DNA of 64,000 bases from an uncultured Eubacteriales bacterium (GTDB lineage: Bacteria > Acidobacteriota > Aminicenantia > Aminicenantales > Aminicenantaceae), in assembly GCA_964580235.1 (NCBI GenBank), contig CAZOJY010000001.1, positions 25,573-89,572 of the forward strand, given 5' to 3'. Positions 1 through 8,894 of the stretch are shown here, in pieces; positions within the stretch are counted from its first letter, which is position 1, and the number at the start of each line of letters is the position of its first letter. A program made the position numbers and the translations under genes. The notes under the pieces were generated by a model. That model ran no database searches, was not told the DNA's origin, and worked only from the letters and a program-made list of their open reading frames with translations.

Positions 1-1
1 G

Positions 2-91
2 GCCCAACACGGCATCCACCTCGATCCGCGAGTGTGGGAATATATGGGCCAGGCCATGCAGGCCCTGAAATGGATCAAAGCAAAGAAATAG
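2..91 (+). CDS. 3' end of an unidentified CDS (C-terminal fragment ...AQHGIHLDPRVWEYMGQAMQALKWIKAKK*); the 5' part lies outside the window
   Basis: Open frame 2 runs from the window edge to TAG at 89-91. It is convergent with the tricorn gene. No recognisable domain in 29 aa. Confidence 0.3.
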   Translation, partial: AQHGIHLDPRVWEYMGQAMQALKWIKAKK

Positions 92-108
92 GTCCTTCTA
101 TCTGCCTC

Positions 109-3100
109 TTATTTTTTCTTTTTTGAAACGCGGTCGATGGGTTTTGGGCGCGGCATAAACCTAACGGGATTCTTTTCGAGCATCTCGAGGGCCTTCTCAA
201 CGGCCTGCTCCAACTGGGGATCCTGTCCTTTGATCACAAGCTCAGGCGTCATTTCGACTTCGATATCGGGCGCCACACCGATATTTTCAACATCCCAATG
301 GCCTTCGATATTGTAGAAAGCCAGGTTGGGCGAAGATATATACCCCCCGTCGATCAATCCCATTCCTCCGTGGTGGCCGACAAGACCGCCCCACGTCCTT
401 TTCCCTACCAGGGGTCCGATATTCTGGAAGCGGAAATAATAAGGCAGGGCATCGCCTCCTGAGCCGGCGAATTCATTGATGATCATCACCTTTGGTCCGA
501 AGATCTGGGCGGTCGGCGTGGTGAACTCCTGGCCGTCCCGGGTCGCCCAGTAATTCATGAGCGGCCGCGCCATCAGGTCAACGAAATAATCGGCTGCCGA
601 ACCGCCACCGTTAAAGCGCTCGTCAATAATCGCTCCCTGTTTGTTCTGCTGGGAAAAGTAGTATCTATTGAAGTTGACATACCCGGAAAAAGACGTATTT
701 GGCAAATAGACGTAAGCCAGCCGTCCGCCGGACATCCTATCCACTTTGCGGCGGTTGTCCTCGATCCAGGCGCGGCTCCGAAGCGATGATTCGCTGCTCA
801 CCGGAATAACCGTTACAATCTCTGAACCTCCTTCGGAAGGACTCCTGCTGATCCGCAGGGAGATCTGTTTATTGGCCGTGTTCTCAAAAGCACTGTAGAG
901 ATTGATTGGAGGTTTGATCCCCACTCCGTTGACCTCCAGGATATAATCTCCTTCTTTGATCTCGAGTCCGGGCGCTGTCAATGGGGCTCTCAGTCCCGGA
1001 TTCCAGTTCTCTCCGTTGTAGATTTTTTTGATCCTGTACAATCCGCTATCGATCACAAAATCGGCGCCCAGAAGTCCGCCGGGCACAGAGTTTGTTTTTG
1101 GCAAGTCTCCACCACCTGCCCAGGAGTGGCCAATGGTCAGTTCGCCGATCAGGTTGCTCAGAATATAACTCAAGTCCGACCGGTGTGCGACATGTTTGAG
1201 GAGGAGCTCATACTTCTTGTACATGGCGTCCCAATCGGCGCCATGCATCTGGACATCATAAAGGAAATCACGGTTGATGCGCCATCCTTCGCGGTAGATC
1301 TGTCTCCACTCGGCGGCCGGATCGACCTTCATCTGAAGCTGGGAAGTCTTGATCTTCCCCTCTCCCACTTTAGGTTTGCCGGAAGTCTCGACGATTCCCC
1401 ACGTGTTCCGGGCCACATACAGCATCTTTTTCCCGTCAGCCGAGATGGAATATCCTGAAACTCCTTTCATAAACAGAGCTTCTTTCCTGGCTTTCAGGTC
1501 GTAACGGTGGAGCACGTATCCGGGCTGGTTGGGAATGGGCTCGAGATAGAAAAAGATGTTCTCGCCGGCTGTCTTAAGCCCGCTGTAGCTGCGGAGCGGA
1601 ATGTTTAAATCCAGGATGCGCTGGTCCAGGCCTTTCAGATCGATTTTTACCTTTGGCTCTTTGTCCTTGCTGGCGGCTATATCTTTTTTGCCTGCATTCT
1701 CTTTAGCTTCGGATTTCTCCGCTTCCTTCTTTTCCTCCTCTTTCTTTTTGACTTCTTCTTCGTCACTTTCAGGGAGCAGCGGAGAAGGATCTTCAGAGTT
1801 CAGGACTATCAGGTAAACCCCTCTCGTAAATGGCCGCTCATAGGAAGTCATGTCCAGCCAGCCCGTGTTTAAGGCGTAGTTGGTGCTTGCCAAAAAATAG
1901 ATGTATTTCCCGCTTTTGTCAAAAGCGGGCGAAAGAGCATCCGAGAGACCATCTGTCAGCTGAAATGACCTTTTTTCCTTTAGGGAGTAGGCAAAGATGG
2001 CGTGGAGATGGTTTTTCAGGCGCTTGGAGTAAACGATCCACAACGAATCGGGAGACCAGATGTGATCCAGGGAGCGTTCCGGGTGGTCATAGGTGTCTTT
2101 ATCGATCCTGATGGCTTTTTCTGTCTCTAGATCCATAAACCAGAGATTGAGCCGCTTGTCGGCAAAGGCGACTTTTTTGGAATCAGGAGACCAAACCGCA
2201 CCGAAATAGAAGGAAGGATTCTCAAGGGAGATGCGGTGAGGGGGACTCATTCCTTTTTGGTCGATAATATTCAACTTGTACTCTCCACTTTCATCGGAGA
2301 ACCAGGCGATCTTTTCCCCATCTGGCGACCACGAGGGGAATCGATCATTGGCCCCGGAAGTTCTGGTCAGGTTTCTGTAGTCGCCCTTTTCGGCGGGAAG
2401 GGTAAAAATATCGCCCCGGGCCGCAAGAACGACTCTTTTACCTGTGGGAGAAATGTCGCCGCTGCTGATCAACTGCGAGACGTTGGCAAAATGGACCCTT
2501 CGTCCGGGGAGGTCGCCCTTGACTTCCACACTCAAATGTGACGATTTTCCGGCTTCTGGATCGAAGATGTGGAGAAAACCCGCCTGTTCATAGACTACGA
2601 CGCCAGCACCGGCACTGGCATTTTTGATGTCGTAATCTTCATGGAACGTAAGCTGCTTGACCTGTTTGCTGCCAAAGCTGTAGGCAAAAAGGTTCATGGT
2701 GTGGTTGCGGTCAGAGATAAAATAAATCATGTCATCCATCCACATGGGATCGGTGTCGTTGCTGTTTTCTCGGGGAATTTTTTCGACGCGGTGGTCAGCC
2801 AGATCAAAAAGCCAGATTCCCGTTGTCCGGCCCCCGCGGTAGTGACGCCAGGTGCCAAAAGCCTCGGGCAGCCGCACGTAGGCCATGCGCTTTCCGTCGG
2901 GGGAAAATACGCCCTTGTTGGCCATGGGCATCGGGAGCGATTGTGGCATACCGCCCTTAACAGAAATGGTCCACAGTTTGTTATATCCGATGGGAGCGGA
3001 GATCCTGCCTGAAACAAAGATCACCGCATTTCCGTCCCGTGTCCATCCTCTGACGGTATCCGGGTAGGGGTGGTAAGTCAAACGTTTGGGCTCGCCGCCG

Positions 3101-3390
3101 GCTGCCGGGATGATAAAAACATCCGTATTGCCGTCATACTGACCCGTAAATGCGACAAACTTCCCGTCAGGCGAAAAAACCGGATATGTTTCCGTCCCGG
3201 GAGATGTGGTCAACCGGCGCGCTTCTCCGCCTGAGCGGGGAACAATCCAGATATCGTCGGCATAGACGAAAGCAACTGAACTTGAGCTGACTGTGGGCTG
3301 TCTCAACAGGCGTGCTTCTTGCGCCTGTGCAAAACTGCAGAGAATCCATAAAAAAGGAATCAATAAAGATAAAATTCCTGACTTTTTCAT
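109..3390 (-). CDS. Tricorn protease homolog (S41-family peptidase with N-terminal TolB-like beta-propellers, PDZ and C-terminal S41 catalytic domain); secreted
   Basis: The 1103-aa ORF has an N-terminal signal peptide (MKKSGILSLLIPFLWILCSFAQA), repeated SPDGK.xAF/DG..IxF propeller motifs and a C-terminal GSGGD serine-peptidase region. Preferred start is MKKSG at 3390, where AGGAGG lies 7 nt upstream on the minus strand. The ORF track's first Met at 3420 is probably upstream of the true start. Confidence 0.85.
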   Translation of the reverse strand: MKKSGILSLLIPFLWILCSFAQAQEARLLRQPTVSSSSVAFVYADDIWIVPRSGGEARRLTTSPGTETYPVFSPDGKFVAFTGQYDGNTDVFIIPAAGGEPKRLTYHPYPDTVRGWTRDGNAVIFVSGRISAPIGYNKLWTISVKGGMPQSLPMPMANKGVFSPDGKRMAYVRLPEAFGTWRHYRGGRTTGIWLFDLADHRVEKIPRENSNDTDPMWMDDMIYFISDRNHTMNLFAYSFGSKQVKQLTFHEDYDIKNASAGAGVVVYEQAGFLHIFDPEAGKSSHLSVEVKGDLPGRRVHFANVSQLISSGDISPTGKRVVLAARGDIFTLPAEKGDYRNLTRTSGANDRFPSWSPDGEKIAWFSDESGEYKLNIIDQKGMSPPHRISLENPSFYFGAVWSPDSKKVAFADKRLNLWFMDLETEKAIRIDKDTYDHPERSLDHIWSPDSLWIVYSKRLKNHLHAIFAYSLKEKRSFQLTDGLSDALSPAFDKSGKYIYFLASTNYALNTGWLDMTSYERPFTRGVYLIVLNSEDPSPLLPESDEEEVKKKEEEKKEAEKSEAKENAGKKDIAASKDKEPKVKIDLKGLDQRILDLNIPLRSYSGLKTAGENIFFYLEPIPNQPGYVLHRYDLKARKEALFMKGVSGYSISADGKKMLYVARNTWGIVETSGKPKVGEGKIKTSQLQMKVDPAAEWRQIYREGWRINRDFLYDVQMHGADWDAMYKKYELLLKHVAHRSDLSYILSNLIGELTIGHSWAGGGDLPKTNSVPGGLLGADFVIDSGLYRIKKIYNGENWNPGLRAPLTAPGLEIKEGDYILEVNGVGIKPPINLYSAFENTANKQISLRISRSPSEGGSEIVTVIPVSSESSLRSRAWIEDNRRKVDRMSGGRLAYVYLPNTSFSGYVNFNRYYFSQQNKQGAIIDERFNGGGSAADYFVDLMARPLMNYWATRDGQEFTTPTAQIFGPKVMIINEFAGSGGDALPYYFRFQNIGPLVGKRTWGGLVGHHGGMGLIDGGYISSPNLAFYNIEGHWDVENIGVAPDIEVEMTPELVIKGQDPQLEQAVEKALEMLEKNPVRFMPRPKPIDRVSKKKK

Positions 3391-3521
3391 TTCGAACCTC
3401 CTGTTTGATCTGGCTTTCAAAGTGTTTTATAACTCCTAAATCTCACAATGCTTGAAAGGAAAAAATATTATAAACAAATGGACAAAGTGTCAATTGGAAT
3501 CGGCGGATTTGGATTGGCTAA

Positions 3522-3881
3522 TCAGCTGCATTTGGGATAGTGGTTTGGTGGTTTTTCATCCAGGTGTTTCTTGGCCGAAAAAAACTGGAGCCGGTACAGT
3601 CTGTCCGCTTCTTTCATTTTCAATCGCAAGAAATAGATGATCATAAAAATAGAAATCCACATCCAAGCAACAAATACCCAGATGCCTATTTTCTGTCTGA
3701 TGCCCTGAGGAGCCCCGGCAATGATTTCTGGCTTGTCTTTATCTTTTGGAATAAACGTCTCTTTTTGTCCCCCTTGCTGTTGAGCAGGGCAGTATAAGGT
3801 ACCGATCCATGCCAGCACAAACAGCAAGAAAAGTACCGAGAGGAGAAGGGTCCGTCTATTCAAAATCATAACAAACTCCAA
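3522..3881 (-). CDS. Small integral membrane protein (2 predicted TM helices), last gene of the cytochrome b operon
   Basis: 119-aa ORF whose start overlaps the cytochrome b stop by 4-16 nt. It has hydrophobic segments (LLLSVLFLLFVLAWIGTLY and IWVFVAWMWISIFMIIYFL). No CXXCH motif and no recognisable family. Confidence 0.45.
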   Translation of the reverse strand: MEFVMILNRRTLLLSVLFLLFVLAWIGTLYCPAQQQGGQKETFIPKDKDKPEIIAGAPQGIRQKIGIWVFVAWMWISIFMIIYFLRLKMKEADRLYRLQFFSAKKHLDEKPPNHYPKCS

Positions 3882-4927
3882 ATAGACATGATCACAGCAT
3901 ACAGGATAAACACGTAAGCGAGAATAGTTATGATTTTTCCCTTTGTCCGGGCAGGTTTGTTATCGATGAGCGGGAGAGAAAAAAACAGGATTCCCGCAAA
4001 AATCAGAAGGAGAACGGCCGCCCTTTCACCGCTTACAAAGAGTGTATGGGCAGGAAATATTTTTAACGTTTGAAACAGGAAAAGAAAATACCACTCCGGT
4101 CTTACTCCCTCAGGAGCTGGGGCCATCACATCGGCAGCCTTCTCCAGGGAAGGTGGGAATAATATGGCGATTGTTAAAAGGATCCCGACCAGAAGAAGCC
4201 ATACAATCATTTCACGGAAGATAAAATTCGGCCAGAAGGGAATTTCTCTCCCCTTTTCCTGTTGAGCCTCTGCTTCGAGAGGAAGGCTCATCCCCTGTTT
4301 CTGGACAAGATAAATATGGACCGCCAAAAGGAGGAGCAGCAATACGGGAAGCATACTGACATGGAGACCGAAAAACCTGATCAGGGTATCTCCGGTCACA
4401 TCTTCCCCGCCCCGCAGCAGTTTGGTCACCCAGGCCCCCACCCAAGGAATACCCTTGGGAATTTCCGTTCCCACCTTGGTTGCGGAAAAGGACAGATCAT
4501 CCCAGGGAAGAAGATATCCTGTAAATCCGAAGAACAGGGTTATCAACAGAAGGAAGACTCCGGTCATCCAGGTCAATTCCCTGGGTCTTCTGTAGGATTT
4601 GGCAATCCATATGCTCAACAGATGGATAAAAACAAAAGCAATCATGAAGGAAGCTGACCAGCTGTGGATAGACCGGATGAGCCACCCCAAGGGAATCTCC
4701 GTCATGATCCGGGCAACGCTTGCGTTCGCCATCTCCAGGGTTGGTGTGTAATACAGCACAAGCATGAACCCGGTGACGACTTGTATGGCAAAAAACAAAA
4801 GAATGGCACTTCCCGTGTAATACCATACTGTATGCCTGTGAAGGGGAACCGTTTTTTTTGTCAGGAAATCCGTGACCCCGGACAGTCCGATCCGTCCATC
4901 CAGCCAGGATTGAAATCCATTTTTCAT
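3866..4927 (-). CDS. Cytochrome b of a Rieske/cytochrome b complex (cyt b6-like N-domain fused to a subunit-IV-like C-domain)
   Basis: 353 aa. Conserved cytochrome b N-terminal motifs (WYYTGSAILLFFAIQVVTGFMLVLYYTP, RSIHSWSASFMIAFVFIHLL) with paired His heme ligands in helices B and D. Polytopic membrane protein. Its start overlaps the Rieske stop by 4 nt. Confidence 0.9.
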   Translation of the reverse strand: MKNGFQSWLDGRIGLSGVTDFLTKKTVPLHRHTVWYYTGSAILLFFAIQVVTGFMLVLYYTPTLEMANASVARIMTEIPLGWLIRSIHSWSASFMIAFVFIHLLSIWIAKSYRRPRELTWMTGVFLLLITLFFGFTGYLLPWDDLSFSATKVGTEIPKGIPWVGAWVTKLLRGGEDVTGDTLIRFFGLHVSMLPVLLLLLLAVHIYLVQKQGMSLPLEAEAQQEKGREIPFWPNFIFREMIVWLLLVGILLTIAILFPPSLEKAADVMAPAPEGVRPEWYFLFLFQTLKIFPAHTLFVSGERAAVLLLIFAGILFFSLPLIDNKPARTKGKIITILAYVFILYAVIMSIWSLL

Positions 4928-5382
4928 GACGTTTCCTCCGGGCTTTCTTTCCTGATGATCAAATCTTCACCTGCTATGATATACGTGAGTTTCCGGAGCG
5001 GCCTGGGGGGAGGACCGCCGATATTGATACCGTTTTCATCGTACCAGCCATCATGGCAGGCACAAAAAAACTTCCTTTGTCCGTTCAAATAGGTCACGTT
5101 GCAGTCCAGGTGTGTACAGACACCGACAAAGGCTAAAAACGTGCCATCATCGTTTTTTTTCACCAGCCCCACTTTGCTGCCCCAGGCAAAGTTTTTAACC
5201 GAATTGGGGGGTATATCTTTAAAATCCAAATACGGAAGGATCACTTCATCCGGCTCCTTGTAAGGGGGGAAAACAAACTTCACTATAGGATAAATAAGAG
5301 AAGCCAAAAAAGCCCCCAACCATCCCCCGATTAAACCGTTCAAGAATTGCCGGCGGGAGAAAAGCGAATATTTTAGTTTCAT
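4924..5382 (-). CDS. Rieske [2Fe-2S] iron-sulfur protein (ubiquinol-cytochrome c reductase / b6f-type), Tat-exported
   Basis: Rieske boxes CTHLDC and CACHDGWYD. Twin-arginine motif SRRQFLNGL at the N-terminus. 4-nt overlap with sdhB upstream and with cyt b downstream. Confidence 0.85.
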   Translation of the reverse strand: MKLKYSLFSRRQFLNGLIGGWLGAFLASLIYPIVKFVFPPYKEPDEVILPYLDFKDIPPNSVKNFAWGSKVGLVKKNDDGTFLAFVGVCTHLDCNVTYLNGQRKFFCACHDGWYDENGINIGGPPPRPLRKLTYIIAGEDLIIRKESPEETS

Positions 5383-6104
5383 CGTTCCAGCCGAAAAAAA
5401 CGTTTAATTTTTGTCACCACCAATTTCCTTCTCAAGGCTGCGATACCATCGGCCGGCCGGACATCCTTCGGGCAGGCTTCGTTGCACTTGAATACCGTAT
5501 CACATCCCCACGCACCCGCTTCGGTATTTACCCGGAACCATGTGGCAAAAGGCCTGATGTCTCTGGGATCCCTGACAAAGCGGTAAAGTTTTGCCAGGGC
5601 GGCGGGCCCCAGATATCTTTTATCCCTCGAGACAACCGGGCAGGCCGCATAACAGCAACCGCACATAATACAGTTGACAAACTGGAAAATTCGCTCCATA
5701 TCCTGATCCTCAACGCTGTGACCTTTGGCGGATACCGTTTTTTCCCCATGGAGATAGGGTTCGATTTTTCGAAGAGCTTCCCAGAAGGGATCCATATCGA
5801 CCACCAAATCCTTTTGGATCTCCAGGCTGGGCAGCGGTTCGATGACAAGCAAAGAGGACCTCAGCGATTCCAGGTTAATGCGGCAGGCCAGGTCAAAATT
5901 CCCGTTGATCACCAGCGCACAGGACCCGCATATCGCTTCCCTGCAGCTGTACCGGAAGGAAAGGGTGCAATCCTGTTCGTTCCGGATATCCATCAATGCT
6001 TCGAGCACTGACCTTTTTTTCTCGCACGCATAGGAAAAATCTTCAAAGTAGGCATGTTTGTCCTTTTTTGGGTCGAATCTCAAAATACGAAAACGGTATT
6101 CCAT
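5379..6104 (-). CDS. sdhB: Succinate dehydrogenase / fumarate reductase iron-sulfur subunit
   Basis: Three Fe-S cluster cysteine motifs: CREAICGSCALVINGNFDLAC (2Fe-2S), CIMCGCCYAACP (4Fe-4S) and CNEACPKDV (3Fe-4S). 241 aa. Confidence 0.9.
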   Translation of the reverse strand: MEYRFRILRFDPKKDKHAYFEDFSYACEKKRSVLEALMDIRNEQDCTLSFRYSCREAICGSCALVINGNFDLACRINLESLRSSLLVIEPLPSLEIQKDLVVDMDPFWEALRKIEPYLHGEKTVSAKGHSVEDQDMERIFQFVNCIMCGCCYAACPVVSRDKRYLGPAALAKLYRFVRDPRDIRPFATWFRVNTEAGAWGCDTVFKCNEACPKDVRPADGIAALRRKLVVTKIKRFFRLER

Positions 6105-6112
6105 TTTCCTGT

Positions 6113-7810
6113 TTAATATTTCCGTTCTTTCGGCTCGTATTTACCGATTTTGACGTTTTTGTAGCTGATTTGGGGGCGGCTGTCTTTCAAAGTGATCAGC
6201 GTGTGTTTTAGCCATTCCATGTCATTCCGTTCGGGAAAATCGAGCCGGAAATGAGATCCGCGTGTCTCCTCCCGGTTCAACCCTCCCAGAGTGATCACTT
6301 CAGCCAGGTCCAGCATGGAAGCAAACTCGATGATATTCACCAATTCCTGGCTGTACCTGAGGCAATCGCCTGAAATGTAAGCCTTTTTGTAATCATCCCT
6401 TACCATCGATATCTCCTTCAGGGCTGAAGCCAATTCCTTTCTGTTGCGGAAGATGCCGACTCTGTCGCTCATGATGTTTTTCAAACGATCCAGAAGGCGA
6501 TGGACCTTTATTCCGGAATCCCGGGCACGCCATGAATCTATCCGGTTTTTCAAATTCAGCGCTTCATCCATAAGATTTTTTTCGGCGTTTTTGCACTCCT
6601 CCATCTGTCCAATCCGCCTGGAAGCTTCCTCACCCGCAACTTTGCCGAACACAACCGTATCCAGAAGCGAGTTTCCCCCCAGCCGGTTAGCCCCGTGCAC
6701 ACTCACACATGCACACTCCCCGGCTGCATAAAAGCCTGTCACACTAGAGGCACAGGTTTCATCGACATCGATCCCTCCCATCGAATAATGCTGCGCCGGC
6801 TGAATCGGAATCGGGGAATCGATCGGATCCAAGGAGGCAAAATTGAGGCAGATCTCACGAATGCCGGGAAGTCTTTTTTTTATTGTTTCAGCCCCGATAT
6901 GCCTGAGGTCCAGATGCACATATTCGCCTTCGTATCCCCGTCCTTCCTCCACTTCAGTCTGGATGGCTCGGGCCACGATATCCCGCGGAGCAAGCTCCAT
7001 GGCCGTCGGCGCATAATCTGCCATGAACCGCTTTCCTCGATTGTTGACGAGATACCCCCCCTCCCCGCGAGCTCCTTCGGTAATCAAGATATTCTTCCCC
7101 AAAAGAGTTGTCGGATGAAACTGGACAAACTCTAAGTCTTTAAGCGGCACTCCGGCCTGATAGGCTATTCCGATTCCGCTGCCGTGATTGATGAAGGCAT
7201 TGGTTGTCTTCAGATAAACCCGGCCGTAACCTCCTGTGGCAAATATCACGGCCCGGGCTTTGACAGGAATAATCTCCCCGGAAGCGAGGTCATAAATCAC
7301 AACCCCTGCGCATTTTCCATTATCCACAACAAGTTTTGTGACAAACCACTCGTTATAAAATTTGATGTTTTTCCTTATGGAATGCTCGTAAAGCGTGTGC
7401 AGAATGACAAGTCCAGTCCGGTCCGCTGCATAACACGTTCTAGGAAATCCGGCTCCGCCAAAAGGCCTCTGGGCGATGACTCCGCCAGTAGACCGGCTGA
7501 ACGGCACGCCCAAGGCATCCAACTGGTAAATAGCCGGAGCGGCCATCTGGCACATCAGTTCAGCCGAATTCTGGTCGGCAAGATAGTCGCTCCCCTTTAT
7601 TGTATCAAACGCATGTTTTTCCCATGTGTCCTCTTTAGCATCGGGATTATTCCCCAAAGGCGCGTTGATGCCCCCCTGGGCTGCAACGGAATGAGAACGC
7701 AAAGGATGGACTTTGGACACCACAGCCACTGAAAGCTTGGGATCGCTGTTGAGGGCAGCCGACAGGCCGGCCAGCCCGCCTCCAACCACAAGGATGTCAT
7801 GATAAATCAT
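6113..7810 (-). CDS. sdhA: Succinate dehydrogenase / fumarate reductase flavoprotein subunit
   Basis: 565 aa. N-terminal FAD Rossmann motif VVGGGLAGLSAAL. The covalent-FAD histidine context RSHSVAAQGGINA is present. Conserved HPTT and catalytic region. Confidence 0.9.
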   Translation of the reverse strand: MIYHDILVVGGGLAGLSAALNSDPKLSVAVVSKVHPLRSHSVAAQGGINAPLGNNPDAKEDTWEKHAFDTIKGSDYLADQNSAELMCQMAAPAIYQLDALGVPFSRSTGGVIAQRPFGGAGFPRTCYAADRTGLVILHTLYEHSIRKNIKFYNEWFVTKLVVDNGKCAGVVIYDLASGEIIPVKARAVIFATGGYGRVYLKTTNAFINHGSGIGIAYQAGVPLKDLEFVQFHPTTLLGKNILITEGARGEGGYLVNNRGKRFMADYAPTAMELAPRDIVARAIQTEVEEGRGYEGEYVHLDLRHIGAETIKKRLPGIREICLNFASLDPIDSPIPIQPAQHYSMGGIDVDETCASSVTGFYAAGECACVSVHGANRLGGNSLLDTVVFGKVAGEEASRRIGQMEECKNAEKNLMDEALNLKNRIDSWRARDSGIKVHRLLDRLKNIMSDRVGIFRNRKELASALKEISMVRDDYKKAYISGDCLRYSQELVNIIEFASMLDLAEVITLGGLNREETRGSHFRLDFPERNDMEWLKHTLITLKDSRPQISYKNVKIGKYEPKERKY

Positions 7811-8128
7811 TCAATACTTCCTGGTGAAATAAATCAATAGAAGGGCTGCACTCAAAACAAAACCAAGAAGTGTAAAGATCCAAAAAAGCAGCTTTTCTTT
7901 CCTGACGCCCAAGTCCATGATGACCGTTCTCAATCCGTAGCAGGCATGAAAGACGACGGACACAATTAGGAGGGTATCGACAAGCGGATTGGTATGAAGG
8001 ACAAGAGCCCAATCCGGTTTTTGATCCTTGGTCATTAAAAAAAACGATGTGAAAAACTTGATCCCCAACAAAAGCATAAGAAACAGCCCTGAGACGCGGT
8101 GAAAAATCCAAACAAACATGGAAAACAC
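7811..8128 (-). CDS. Succinate dehydrogenase hydrophobic membrane-anchor subunit (single small SdhC/D-like anchor, 3 predicted TM helices)
   Basis: 105-aa hydrophobic ORF directly abutting the sdhA start (7811/7810). AAGGAG RBS 8 nt upstream of the ATG on the minus strand. Conserved His residues in TM segments (IFHRVSG, VVFHACYG). Family assignment rests on context and topology. Confidence 0.55.
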   Translation of the reverse strand: MFSMFVWIFHRVSGLFLMLLLGIKFFTSFFLMTKDQKPDWALVLHTNPLVDTLLIVSVVFHACYGLRTVIMDLGVRKEKLLFWIFTLLGFVLSAALLLIYFTRKY

Positions 8129-8350
8129 TCCTTATTCTGGAGGATATATTACATTAAAGTCTGCCCCTCTTGTCAAGAAATAGGAAACAATTCGCGGACG
8201 TCTTGAATTCCTTCACAGCATAGGGAAACGATTTGTCATTATTGAGGACTCACGCCAAAAAAAATCCATTCTTCTTTTGAGGGAAGAAAAGCAGAGGTTT
8301 TGCGTCTAAATTTTAAAGGTTGTAAAAGTTTATTCCGGATGGAGGAAAAA

Positions 8351-8719
8351 ATGAAAAAAGTTTATTCCGTATTTGTGATGTTTACCCTTCTTCTGCTTCC
8401 TATGCTTTTGAGCGCCCAGGATGTCAACGTAACCGGGGATTGGGAAATGACCACACAGTCTCCCCGCGGCGAGAGGACCTCGGACGTCCATTTTGTACAA
8501 GAGGGCGAAAAACTGACCGTGACCATGCAACTCATGAGAGAAGAGGTGACAGCGGAAGGCACGGTGAAAGGAAACAAGATCGAATGGTCAGTAACTAGAA
8601 GCACGCAAAGAGGAGAATTCACTATTTCCTACAGCGGAACCGTCGAAGGCGACACGATGTCGGGCGAAGCCCAAATGGGAGATTTTGGCTCCATGGAGTG
8701 GACGGCTAAAAAGAAATAA
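8351..8719 (+). CDS. Small secreted hypothetical protein (beta-rich, lipocalin-like pattern)
   Basis: Start MKKVYSV at 8351 with GGAGGA 5 nt upstream. Signal peptide VFVMFTLLLLPMLLSAQD. 122 aa with no recognisable family. Lies 175 bp upstream of the ECF sigma gene. Confidence 0.6.
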   Translation: MKKVYSVFVMFTLLLLPMLLSAQDVNVTGDWEMTTQSPRGERTSDVHFVQEGEKLTVTMQLMREEVTAEGTVKGNKIEWSVTRSTQRGEFTISYSGTVEGDTMSGEAQMGDFGSMEWTAKKK

Positions 8720-8832
8720 TTTTGGCATAAAGATATTTTTAAAATTCTTTAGTTTAAAATACTAGGAGTTTATCCGCTCAAACTTAGTTCTTTCCCTTCC
8801 TAAAAGTCCGTCCATCGCTTAAAATAGAAAAA

Positions 8833-8858
8833 GGAAGATTTTCGTCTATCCTCCGTCT
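8833..8858 (+). promoter_or_regulatory. Candidate ECF-type (autoregulated) promoter: GGAAG-N16-CGTCT upstream of the ECF sigma gene
   Basis: GGAAG at 8833-8837 and CGTCT at 8854-8858 (CGTCT also at 8843-8847). This resembles the GGAAC-N16/17-CGTCT consensus of group-IV sigma promoters and lies 37 nt upstream of the sigma start codon. Confidence 0.35.
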
Positions 8859-8894
8859 AAAGGGTGTACGGAGGACAAAAAGAGATGGATTTTT

